This document shows, one piece after another, positions 9,382-17,167 of a DNA stretch of 32,000 nt. The notes below the pieces were generated by a model. That model saw only the letters and a program-made list of their open reading frames with translations. It ran no database searches and was not told the origin of the DNA. The position numbers and the translations under genes were made by a program. The stretch covers positions 90,001-122,000 of the forward strand of contig JBAYVT010000005.1 of the NCBI GenBank assembly GCA_041674405.1, written 5' to 3'. The stretch's first letter is position 1. Every line of letters starts with the position of its first letter. The DNA is from Patescibacteria group bacterium. Lineage in GTDB: Bacteria; Patescibacteriota; UBA1384; XYA2-FULL-43-10.

Positions 9382-9404
9382 ATATCCAATCTGTAGGTGG
9401 ATAT
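9382..9404. terminator. Hairpin downstream of lipoprotein cassette 2 / upstream of rdgB
   Basis: atatcca ... tggatat, followed by ctttgg; same layout as hairpin at 11021-11049. Confidence 0.45.
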
Positions 9405-9459
9405 CTTTGGCAATGTAAATATGCAAAGTTAGAACTTGTTATAATGCCGCATAATCAAA

Positions 9460-9485
9460 ACGGCCGCCCCCGAAGAGGCGACCGT
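9460..9485 (-). terminator. GC-rich intrinsic terminator of lipoprotein cassette 2
   Basis: Minus strand ACGGTCGCC TCTTCGGG GGCGGCCGT followed by TTTTG. Confidence 0.7.
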
Positions 9486-9520
9486 CTGATAATACACCGG
9501 AAACGCTCCGGCGCGACTCA

Positions 9521-10195
9521 CTAGCGAAGGCTGAGGTAGCCTTGCTTCAGTTGCTCGTGAGAGATGGTGATGGTGGCGTACAGCACCCGGTTCTCGTCGA
9601 TCAGGCTTCCGGGATTCTCGAAGTTCCAGGACGGCAGCCAGAGCAAGTTGTCCACGTAGTACTTGAAGCGAACCACAGGGGGGCCTTGCTCGCTGGTCAG
9701 GACCTTCACCCTCTCCATCGGAAGAGAGCTAACGAAGGTTGGCACATCTCCCCCGCTTTGGTTTTGGGGAAGCGACCAGCAGAAGACATAGCTGACTCCT
9801 GGCCGAGACTTTCCCTCGACGCTGCCCTCGACGTAGCCTCCGAGGAAATTGCCTCCCCCGCTTAGGCTTCCACTGAGGTCAGACTTCTGGCCTTTGCTCA
9901 CCAGCGGGTTGAAGACCAGTGGATGGGGCCCGAGCAGATGGTATCTCTCCAACTGCCCAATGTTCCACTTCACCCATCCAGTATCTCTGGCAGACTTCTC
10001 TCTGGCCCGCTTGATGGCAGAGTCATAGAGTTCGAAGTTACCTATCCGTGGGTTAAAGCTTCGTTCCCAGAAGTAGTCGGGCGTGTCGAGCCTGACTTTC
10101 AGCCAAGACTTGTCCGCGGGAGTCAGCCCCTTGGAGCAGCCTACAACTGACACACCTACCAACAGAACCAACAACACGACAGCGATCTTTCGCAT
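9521..10195 (-). CDS. Lipoprotein of unknown function in GC-rich island
   Basis: 224 aa with lipobox signal MRKIAVVLLVLLVGVSVVGC; minus-strand Shine-Dalgarno AGGAAGGGA upstream of the ATG. Confidence 0.82.
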   Translation of the reverse strand: MRKIAVVLLVLLVGVSVVGCSKGLTPADKSWLKVRLDTPDYFWERSFNPRIGNFELYDSAIKRAREKSARDTGWVKWNIGQLERYHLLGPHPLVFNPLVSKGQKSDLSGSLSGGGNFLGGYVEGSVEGKSRPGVSYVFCWSLPQNQSGGDVPTFVSSLPMERVKVLTSEQGPPVVRFKYYVDNLLWLPSWNFENPGSLIDENRVLYATITISHEQLKQGYLSLR

Positions 10196-10248
10196 CTTGA
10201 TCGTCCCTTCCTGGATATCGGTCTAGATTTGTGTTTCAGAGCTTAAAC

Positions 10249-10277
10249 ACAATAACACAATATTACAAATATGTCAA
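10249..10277 (-). promoter_or_regulatory. Sigma70-like promoter of GC-rich lipoprotein cassette 2
   Basis: Minus strand TTGACA (10277-10272), 17-nt spacer, TATTGT (10254-10249). Confidence 0.55.
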
Positions 10278-10400
10278 TTATTAACTTCATTGAAGTTATA
10301 TAAATATAGAACTCAACAAAAAATAACCAGCACTAAACTGATTATTTATTGGCAGGATATAGCAACTGAAATCAGAAACTTTTATTTGAGTGCAAATGTT

Positions 10401-10937
10401 CTATATTAGTTTCTTTTCTTTTAAATATCTTAAACCAACGAGACCCGTTGCCATGTCTGTCAGCTCTCCGGAAAGCAAGTGTTTCTCAAATTCATTTAAA
10501 CTTAGTAATACTACTTCGACAAACTCAGTTTTTTCATTTTCTGGTTCTTTCACTTGTTTGCAATTTAGTGCTATAAAATTATGAAGTTCGGTATCCGAAT
10601 AAGCACACTTATAAGCCTTATTAACAAGGTAAAATTCTCCTGTATAACCAGTTTCTTCCAGTAACTCTCTTTTTATCCCATCAACCGGATATTCATTATT
10701 ATCGATGCCTCCACCAGGTAGCTCAAGCAATATTTTCTCGCACCCAGGTCTAAATTGTCTCGCTAGAATTATTTTTTTATCTTCAGTAATCGCCAGCACT
10801 GCAGCAACAGGGCCCTCTTTCTTTATATGATAATTCTCAACTTCTCCATCAGGCATGCGAAAAGTTTTTTTGATAATTTTTCTAAAACCAACCTTAATCG
10901 GCTCTTCCTCTTTTATTTTTTTCCACCTTATACTCAT
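10401..10937 (-). CDS. NUDIX hydrolase (ADP-ribose pyrophosphatase-like)
   Basis: 178 aa; LPGGGIDNNEYPVDGIKRELLEETGYTG matches the NUDIX box GX5EX7REUXEEXGU. Confidence 0.92.
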   Translation of the reverse strand: MSIRWKKIKEEEPIKVGFRKIIKKTFRMPDGEVENYHIKKEGPVAAVLAITEDKKIILARQFRPGCEKILLELPGGGIDNNEYPVDGIKRELLEETGYTGEFYLVNKAYKCAYSDTELHNFIALNCKQVKEPENEKTEFVEVVLLSLNEFEKHLLSGELTDMATGLVGLRYLKEKKLI

Positions 10938-11018
10938 TATTCTTTCTCCTTTTTATCATTTACCAATATCACTCTAGCAAATTCACGCCAATTGTTCTAA
11001 CAATGTATTACCTATACA

Positions 11019-11049
11019 AAAATAACCACTCATAGAGTGGATATTTTTT
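11019..11049. terminator. Bidirectional hairpin terminator downstream of P-loop kinase ORF
   Basis: aaaaataaccact catag agtggatatttttt; T/A tracts on both sides. Confidence 0.6.
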
Positions 11050-11084
11050 GGCGAAGAACAGCGAAAGAAGTTAGAACTTGTAAA

Positions 11085-11723
11085 TTAGTGCCCCGTGATA
11101 ATAATTGATGGAAATGCTGTTTTAAACAGCTCCAAACGCTCTTTGGATTTTTCGATACTTTCGTCGGCGTACTGCTTAATTTTTTTCGATATCTCATTGC
11201 CCTTAATGCCATTCACTTTATAATCCGATAATTGCACCTCTGTTATATGATCCCAAATTGGGAAACTTACTTTCTTATTGATAACATCATCGGAAAATCG
11301 CTTAGAAATACTCTGATAATAAAATCCCCTGTCAAATGGATGAAAATAAACTAGGCAGATTTCATCGGCATGCTTGCCAAGAATTCGTTGCAAAACCGTA
11401 GGATCGGCAATGGCCGAATCTAAAGCGATGTTTGAAACGGCTAGCATATTATCAATAAACCCTTTGGCTGTAGTTTCAAAAGATTCTTGCCATTCCTTTG
11501 GGGCAATCCCGCCATAAACAGTAAAAGCTTCTTTGTCTTTTGCCCCAAATTTATTCCTCACGCTTTCCCGAACGATCAGATCAAATTCAATATGCTTATA
11601 GTTTAGACTTTCTAGCTCCCTGGCAAATGTTGATTTGCCCGTACAGGTTTTGCCACACAGGACAACTATTTGTGGTTTTTCGCAAATTATTCTTTCTTTC
11701 ACTTGATTTGTAGTCAATTTCAT
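11085..11723 (-). CDS. P-loop kinase/AAA-like ATPase of unknown substrate
   Basis: 212 aa; Walker A IVVLCGKTCTGKSTFARELE. Confidence 0.75.
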   Translation of the reverse strand: MKLTTNQVKERIICEKPQIVVLCGKTCTGKSTFARELESLNYKHIEFDLIVRESVRNKFGAKDKEAFTVYGGIAPKEWQESFETTAKGFIDNMLAVSNIALDSAIADPTVLQRILGKHADEICLVYFHPFDRGFYYQSISKRFSDDVINKKVSFPIWDHITEVQLSDYKVNGIKGNEISKKIKQYADESIEKSKERLELFKTAFPSIIITGH

Positions 11724-11992
11724 TCTTCTAGTTTAGCACTTTTTTATTTTCTTCTATCAATTGGGTTATATTCCCGAGTGCCATATACAAAAAATCACTA
11801 GTCCCAGACTAGCAATCTTTTGGCATGGGCTAGAGGAGGATCTCACGTCGGCTATTCGCCTCCCTGGATACCCTCGGTTTCCGGCTCCTTCCGACATCGG
11901 GAGACCAAATGTTCTCCCGACCCCACTTTGTTCGACTCCTCTAAAAACCAAAAGCCATCCCGCATAGTCAATCTTTGATTGGCGACGTGGGA

Positions 11993-12066
11993 TGGCAGGG
12001 GCTAGAGGAGTCGAACCTCTGACTAGGGTTTTGGAGACCCCTATTATACCGTTTAACTAAGCCCCT
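11993..12066 (-). tRNA. tRNA-Trp (CCA)
   Basis: Reverse strand AGGGGCTTAGTTAAACGGTATAATAGGGGTCTCCAAAACCCTAGTCAGAGGTTCGACTCCTCTAGCCCCTGCCA; acceptor, anticodon and T arms pair; CCA encoded. Confidence 0.95.
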
Positions 12067-12150
12067 AAATGAGTCGTAAGCCCATAAAGTTGAGAGTCTA
12101 TAAAGTAATTCAACAACTTTATGGACTTTAAAAACTTTACAGACTTTTGA

Positions 12151-12318
12151 CTACTTTGTTTCTTTATGTAACGTTGATTTTTTGCACTTTTTGCAATATT
12201 TTTTAAGCTCGATCCTTTTGATCACATCTTGGCCTTTTAGCCTTTTTTCAGTGTGATGGCCGCGCTCTTTGCAGACTTCACATTCAAGCGTTACAATTGT
12301 TCTTGCATCTTTTGCCAT
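12151..12318 (-). CDS. rpmG: 50S ribosomal protein L33
   Basis: MAKDARTIVTLECEVCKERGHHTEKRLKGQDVIKRIELKKYCKKCKKSTLHKETK; start set to internal Met of the supplied 95 aa ORF. Confidence 0.9.
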   Translation of the reverse strand: MAKDARTIVTLECEVCKERGHHTEKRLKGQDVIKRIELKKYCKKCKKSTLHKETK

Positions 12319-12356
12319 AATTTCCTTTCGAATATTTCGATTGATTTTATTATTGA

Positions 12357-12436
12357 GGCTCCTCGACAGGCTCGGAGTCATTCGACTCATCTGGTTTACC
12401 ATGAGCGAACAGCTTTGTTGTGAGTCGAATGGAGCC
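12357..12436. repeat. Palindromic intergenic repeat, copy A
   Basis: Begins ggctcc, ends ggagcc; internal inverted arms cattcgactca/tgagtcgaatg; shares ctcggagtcattcgactcat and ggtttaccatgagcga exactly with copy B. Confidence 0.8.
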
Positions 12437-12504
12437 ACCTGTCGGATTTGGACCGACGACCTACTGTTTACAAAACAGTTGCTCTACCACTGAGCTAAGG
12501 TGGC
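12430..12504 (-). tRNA. tRNA-Thr (TGT)
   Basis: Reverse strand GCCACCTTAGCTCAGTGGTAGAGCAACTGTTTTGTAAACAGTAGGTCGTCGGTCCAAATCCGACAGGTGGCTCCA. Confidence 0.95.
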
Positions 12505-12505
12505 A

Positions 12506-12592
12506 TGGTGCTGAGAGCAGGATTCGAACCTGCGAAGGCCGGAGGCCGACAGATTTACAGTCTGTTGCGTTTGACCGCTTCGCTATCTCAGC
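12506..12592 (-). tRNA. tRNA-Tyr (GTA), with long variable arm
   Basis: Reverse strand GCTGAGATAGCGAAGCGGTCAAACGCAACAGACTGTAAATCTGTCGGCCTCCGGCCTTCGCAGGTTCGAATCCTGCTCTCAGCACCA. Confidence 0.95.
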
Positions 12593-12608
12593 AAGATATT
12601 AATTTGTA

Positions 12609-12755
12609 GGCTCCTCGACAAGACCCAACGGGTAGCCATTGGCTCCTTCGGCTCGGGTCTCGGAGTCATTCGACTCATATGTTTTACTGTGAGCATGTCG
12701 CTTTATTGAATGGTTTACCATGAGCGAGGAAAGGAATGACGGGTCGAATGGAGCC
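12609..12755. repeat. Palindromic intergenic repeat, copy B (longer)
   Basis: Begins ggctcctcgaca, ends gggtcgaatggagcc; exact 20-bp and 16-bp matches to copy A in the same order. Confidence 0.75.
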
Positions 12756-12793
12756 GTTGAGCGGACTTATTCCCTCGACCTACTCCTTACCAT
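12749..12793 (-). pseudogene. Possible 3' remnant of a tRNA-Thr gene
   Basis: Reverse strand catggtaaggagtaggtcgagggaataagtccgctcaacggctcca resembles the 3' half of intact tRNA-Thr(GGT): catggtaaggatgaggtctcgggtccgattcccgatgtcggctcca. Confidence 0.4.
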
Positions 12794-12829
12794 GCCTGTC
12801 CGCCTCTGGCGGAGAGTTGCCCCCACCGA

Positions 12830-12905
12830 TGGAGCCGACATCGGGAATCGGACCCGAGACCTCATCCTTACCATGGATGCGCTCTACCAACTGAGCTATA
12901 TCGGC
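12830..12905 (-). tRNA. tRNA-Thr (GGT)
   Basis: Reverse strand GCCGATATAGCTCAGTTGGTAGAGCGCATCCATGGTAAGGATGAGGTCTCGGGTCCGATTCCCGATGTCGGCTCCA. Confidence 0.95.
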
Positions 12906-13026
12906 ATACATCGGCCGGGGTAAATCTACCAAACCCTAAGGGTCCCCTTTGGGGCTGAGCCACAACGGCACAATAAATACAAAAATAACATTGAAATTAT
13001 ACCGCAAAATCCTCTCTTTGGCAACC

Positions 13027-13779
13027 TTACACTCCCCTGTACGCCTGAGAGTGAGCTCTCTGCTTTTCCTCCGCCTCCATGGCAAGTTTTTTATACTCTA
13101 AATTGTCAATGTCAAGCGACGCAGCACGCTTCAGCGCTTTTGCTGCTTTCGCAAATTGCCTCACTTCCATATAGGCCTTGCCAAGGCCAGCTTGCCATTC
13201 GGCATTATTACGATCGTAATTGACCGCTTTTTGAAAATTTTCTATTGCATCAGTATATTTTTCATCTTTATAATAAATTTCGCCCAAGATCGCGTAAGCA
13301 AATCCGTTATCGGCATTGCATTTAAGCGCGGTTGTGGCAGCTTCTTTTGCCTCTTCATAATTTTGTTTTAATAATGCAACCTTGCCCACAAAAACATATG
13401 CTTGGTCACATTTTTTATCTTTGCCGATCGCATCGATCGCCTTTTCTTCGGCTAATTTAAGGTCGCCTGCCCTAAAGGCATCATCTGATTCATGGAGCAT
13501 TTGCGCAACCTCAGGGTCTTCCACAAAATACGTGGCTTGCGCATCCTCGATTTCTTTTGGTGAGATGATATCACGCTGGCCAGAAATAATTGCTTCTTCA
13601 ATACCTTTTTCAGCCTTCTCGCGCCTTTTTGACAAGATTTTTTTTAAAAAATTCATATTAATTCCTTTTGTCGAGTTATCTTTGGCAATATAAATAGATT
13701 CATTTCCTGTTTTTGAATAATTTCTAAGAACAAGAATTAATACTATGGTAACGCAAATTATTATGCCCAACTCTAACAA
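13027..13779 (-). CDS. Membrane-anchored tetratricopeptide repeat protein
   Basis: 250 aa; N-terminal TM (LELGIIICVTIVLILVL) and repeats such as NADNGFAYAILGEIYYKDEKYTDAIENFQKAVNYDRNNAEWQAGLGKAYMEVRQFAKAAKALKRA. Confidence 0.88.
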   Translation of the reverse strand: MLELGIIICVTIVLILVLRNYSKTGNESIYIAKDNSTKGINMNFLKKILSKRREKAEKGIEEAIISGQRDIISPKEIEDAQATYFVEDPEVAQMLHESDDAFRAGDLKLAEEKAIDAIGKDKKCDQAYVFVGKVALLKQNYEEAKEAATTALKCNADNGFAYAILGEIYYKDEKYTDAIENFQKAVNYDRNNAEWQAGLGKAYMEVRQFAKAAKALKRAASLDIDNLEYKKLAMEAEEKQRAHSQAYRGV

Positions 13780-14582
13780 CTTACCTCCACAATTCCCCCA
13801 TCCTCATCAAGTTTAACTGAAACACAATTTTTGAAAATATTTTGGCTAATCACCTTCCCTTTACCCTTTGATGTTTTTAATTCATCGCCGATAGCCGGCA
13901 TCTTCGCTTTTATTTTTTTGTATTCTGGTAGTTCATATTTAAGGCAACACATTAGCTTACCACAATTTCCAGTTACTCTATTTGATCCCATTTGTGCCAA
14001 ACTCTGTTCGTAAGCCATGTCTAGTGTCACACTTTCCAAATTGCCTTTAAGAAAACGTTTACAGCAAAGCTGTTGGCCACATCTGCCAACTCCGCCAATA
14101 TGCCTCGCTTCATCCCTGGCACCCACCTGCTGAAGGCGAATGATTTTTTTGAAAGTATGCGCAAGATCAGAAACTAGCATTCGAAAATCTACTCGGCTTG
14201 GTGCAGAAAAATAAAAGGTAAGCTTTTTCTCGTCATACGAAAGGTCAGCATCCAAAAGAACCATTGGCAATTTGAATTTGTCAATTTTGTCTTGGCATTC
14301 AACAATATATGATTTTGCTTCCTTGGAAAGTGCAGTAATTTTCTCTCTATCAGCATCGCTTAATTTCCGTATAAAGATCAGCTCGCCCAGATTATCCTTT
14401 TTTGTCCCGGTCTCATCCCCGGACTCGTTTTCCAAACTAATTTCCGAAGGAATAATAAATCCTAGTTCCGTGCACTGGTCAGACTCGACCAATATATTGT
14501 CGCCAATTTTTAGTTTATGTGCTCCGGCATCTACTTGATAGAACTGCCCGTCGCTTTTAAGCTTAACCGAATATTTTGCCAT
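13773..14582 (-). CDS. PSP1 C-terminal domain protein (RicT/YaaT-like)
   Basis: 269 aa; DEARHIGGVGRCGQQLCCKRFL...NRVTGNCGKLMCCLKYELPEY motifs of PSP1/YaaT family. Confidence 0.9.
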   Translation of the reverse strand: MAKYSVKLKSDGQFYQVDAGAHKLKIGDNILVESDQCTELGFIIPSEISLENESGDETGTKKDNLGELIFIRKLSDADREKITALSKEAKSYIVECQDKIDKFKLPMVLLDADLSYDEKKLTFYFSAPSRVDFRMLVSDLAHTFKKIIRLQQVGARDEARHIGGVGRCGQQLCCKRFLKGNLESVTLDMAYEQSLAQMGSNRVTGNCGKLMCCLKYELPEYKKIKAKMPAIGDELKTSKGKGKVISQNIFKNCVSVKLDEDGGIVEVSC

Positions 14583-14583
14583 T

Positions 14584-15300
14584 TTATTTCCTTATCAATT
14601 TGCGGTTTTTTAAAACCAATGTTTCGATTGCCAATTTCGGATTAGCATTGCTTTTTATCTGACTTTTCACCTTCTCTGTTTCTTTCAATAATCTGGCAGC
14701 ATCAGCAGTTTTTAAAGACAGAAGTTTCTCTCTTGCAAAGTATTCTAAAGTATATATCAATTCATCAATTTTTTCATCCTTGATATATAATTCAATTGTA
14801 TCCGAAACATCTTTGAAATTCCCTTTCAGTTTTTGGGCCAACTCGCCATCATAGCTTGAACTGCCGCCCCCGGAAACTTGAAAGTTTTTAACCATGCAGC
14901 GAGAGACGATTGTCGGGAGCAAAGCTCGCAAGAAGGCAAATAATATTATTACAGCGTCTTTCGGCGGCTCTTCAAGCGTTTTTAAAAACGCATTTGCTGA
15001 TTCTTTGTTGAAAGTTTCAGCGCAAATAACCGCCGCAATTTTTGCCTTGCCCTCAGGTGAAAGATTCAAAAAATGAATTAATTCTCTAACCTGTTTGATC
15101 GAAATAATATTTTTTTTACCAAGTGACTCTTCTGGCCGGATAAGTAGAATATCAGAAATTCCCGGCCTAAGAGTATCTGAAAAATATTTCAATATATCTT
15201 CAATTTGGCCTTGCGATGTAACATAAAATAGATAGGAAGACGCTTTTTTGGGCTTACCGATCCCCGCAGCAATTTTTTCAATAAAATTTACACCTTCCAT
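14584..15300 (-). CDS. holB: DNA polymerase III delta' subunit-like protein
   Basis: 238 aa; KIAAVICAETFNKESANAFLKTLEEPPKDAVIILFAFLRALLPTIVSRCMV is a clamp-loader signature. Confidence 0.8.
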   Translation of the reverse strand: MEGVNFIEKIAAGIGKPKKASSYLFYVTSQGQIEDILKYFSDTLRPGISDILLIRPEESLGKKNIISIKQVRELIHFLNLSPEGKAKIAAVICAETFNKESANAFLKTLEEPPKDAVIILFAFLRALLPTIVSRCMVKNFQVSGGGSSSYDGELAQKLKGNFKDVSDTIELYIKDEKIDELIYTLEYFAREKLLSLKTADAARLLKETEKVKSQIKSNANPKLAIETLVLKNRKLIRK

Positions 15301-15492
15301 TAATTTTTACACTAGCAAATTAAGGCAGGTTTCGCAATGGACAAGAGATCGTTATCTTGATAATATCGAGATAACATAAATTACGAATTTCAAATTTTCA
15401 AATTCTAAAATTTTTGGGAAATTGATCATTGATGTTCGAAAATAATTCAGGATGATGAGTTTAGAATTTAGGATTTTTCTCAGAAGGAGAAT

Positions 15493-15834
15493 ATGTCTGG
15501 CTCAAAAGTGAAAGAATCAGATCTTTCCGATCGCACACTGATGTGTAAAGATTGCGGAGATAAATTTATTTGGACTGCTGGCGAGCAGAAATTTTTTCTT
15601 GATAAGGGCTTGCAGAACATACCAAAGCGCTGTAAACCATGCACTGCGTTATACAAAGCGAAACTTCGGGAAAAGAAACCGATGTTCTGGATTCAGTGCA
15701 AAGATTGCCGGAAAAAATCCGAGGTTCCTTTCGAACCTCAAACTGAAGATGTATTGTGTGAAAAATGCTTTGAAAAAGAAATAGAGAAGCGCAACGAAGC
15801 CATAACCGCTCTTGGTGAGCAAATTCCAGAATAA
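15493..15834 (+). CDS. Small zinc-ribbon protein
   Basis: 113 aa; CKDCGDKFIWTAGEQKFFLDKGLQNIPKRCKPC and CKDCRKKSEVPFEP...LCEKCFEK. Upstream aaggag at about 15485. Confidence 0.85.
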   Translation: MSGSKVKESDLSDRTLMCKDCGDKFIWTAGEQKFFLDKGLQNIPKRCKPCTALYKAKLREKKPMFWIQCKDCRKKSEVPFEPQTEDVLCEKCFEKEIEKRNEAITALGEQIPE

Positions 15835-16020
15835 AAGCAAAATTAATTATACAATTAAATTTATAATATTTAATGAGAGATAATCCAAAAAATTATTTCT
15901 CGTTTTTTTCATTCTTATTATCAATCAAAACGTAACAATTTTACCGCGACCGCGAATAAAGTGTTACAATTTCATTTGAAAAAAATATTAAAATATAATT
16001 TCAAATTTAAAAAAATAGCA

Positions 16021-16054
16021 AAAAAATCACCTTGAATTTCATGGTGATTTTTTT
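16021..16054. terminator. Bidirectional terminator between zinc-ribbon gene and rpmB
   Basis: aaaaaatcacc ttgaatttcat ggtgatttttt. Confidence 0.8.
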
Positions 16055-16087
16055 ATATAAATTCTCACTTGTCTTAAAATAAACCTG

Positions 16088-16270
16088 CTAATCCTGCTTT
16101 TTACCTTTCGATTTCTCCGGTTTATCCATTGTTCGCAAACAGGAGGTGCACAGAACCACGCCATTGACTTTTTGCAAGTTTGGCTTGAATTTTCTTTTGG
16201 TATGAACTTGTGAGTGTGAGACATTGGAGCCAGAGACAGCGCCTTTGCCGCAAATTGAACACTTAGCCAT
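16088..16270 (-). CDS. rpmB: 50S ribosomal protein L28, zinc-binding form
   Basis: [48 protein letters not shown]. Confidence 0.93.
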   Translation of the reverse strand: MAKCSICGKGAVSGSNVSHSQVHTKRKFKPNLQKVNGVVLCTSCLRTMDKPEKSKGKKQD

Positions 16271-16478
16271 TTGAAATCCTCTTATCTTGAACGAACATAT
16301 TTTGTTCGCTATAATTTTAACTACTAGATATTAGCATAATCTTGAAAGCATTTCAAGATTATGAAACTAATAACTAAAAGCTTTGAACGAAAAATCTAAA
16401 GGAAAATTTCAATTGGTTATTAGTTATTAGATATTAGCCCCAACGGGGCCCCTTCGGGGTTATTAGTTATTTAAAAAT

Positions 16479-17126
16479 ATGCTCATCATAAATCTTCTAC
16501 AGAACCCCTTTGCTTTTATAGCCTTCATCGTCGGGCTAATTTTTGCAATTACGGTCCATGAATACGCTCACGCATGGATTGCCTACAGAAACGGCGATCC
16601 AACTGCCCAAATGAATGGCCGCTTAACATTAAATCCATTTGCCCACCTGGACCCACTTGGTACTTTGTTTCTTTTTCTTGTTGGATTTGGCTGGGGTAAA
16701 CCGGTCCCAATCAATCCGACTTTTTTTCACCACAAATCAGATGAGCTCAAGGTTGCAATCGCAGGAATTGCAGCCAATATTATTCTAGCGTTTATATTAG
16801 GAATCCCCATCCGCATAGCCCTTCTTGCCGGACACTCGATCGACTCAAATATTGTTCTCTCGTTTTTAAGTATTTTAGTGCAAATCAATTTGATTCTGGC
16901 CGCATTTAACATTTTGCCGATTTTTCCACTCGATGGCTCTCATTTTGTCGAATATTTTCTTGATAATTACAGCAGAGTGAAATTTCAGCAATACGGGCCG
17001 TTTATTCTTCTGTTTCTTTTGATTCTTGATAGGGTATCTAGCTTTTCAATCATCACAGCTGTTATGGAGCCGATTATTCGGGTTCTCTCATCACTTGTGA
17101 TTGGCACATACTCAATATTTTTATAA
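16479..17126 (+). CDS. Site-2 protease family (M50) membrane metalloprotease
   Basis: 215 aa; FAITVHEYAHAWIAYRNGDPT (HExxH-type HEYAH) and LNILPIFPLDGSHFVEYF (second motif), several TM helices. Confidence 0.92.
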   Translation: MLIINLLQNPFAFIAFIVGLIFAITVHEYAHAWIAYRNGDPTAQMNGRLTLNPFAHLDPLGTLFLFLVGFGWGKPVPINPTFFHHKSDELKVAIAGIAANIILAFILGIPIRIALLAGHSIDSNIVLSFLSILVQINLILAAFNILPIFPLDGSHFVEYFLDNYSRVKFQQYGPFILLFLLILDRVSSFSIITAVMEPIIRVLSSLVIGTYSIFL

Positions 17127-17167
17127 TGAACTTAACAATACCCCTAGCATCTGGTAGAATCAGATTG

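Noticed and set aside
7741-10277. GC-rich units as integron gene cassettes
   Set aside because: I looked for attC-like RYYYAAC...GTTRRRY pairs around the hairpins and found none; no integrase in the window; each unit carries its own promoter.
10401-11723. NUDIX plus P-loop kinase as a toxin-antitoxin pair
   Set aside because: They are separated by a hairpin terminator and ordinary spacing, and the kinase lacks a recognisable small antitoxin partner; no support beyond proximity.
11761-11967. Short ORFs on both strands in the spacer before tRNA-Trp
   Set aside because: No domain similarity recognised, mutually overlapping, and sequence is repeat-like; treated as spacer.
12269-12923. Plus-strand ORFs across the tRNA cluster (74, 60 and 67 aa)
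   Set aside because: They translate antisense tRNA sequences (e.g. GFGPTTYCLQNSCSTTELRWHG), a well-known annotation artefact.
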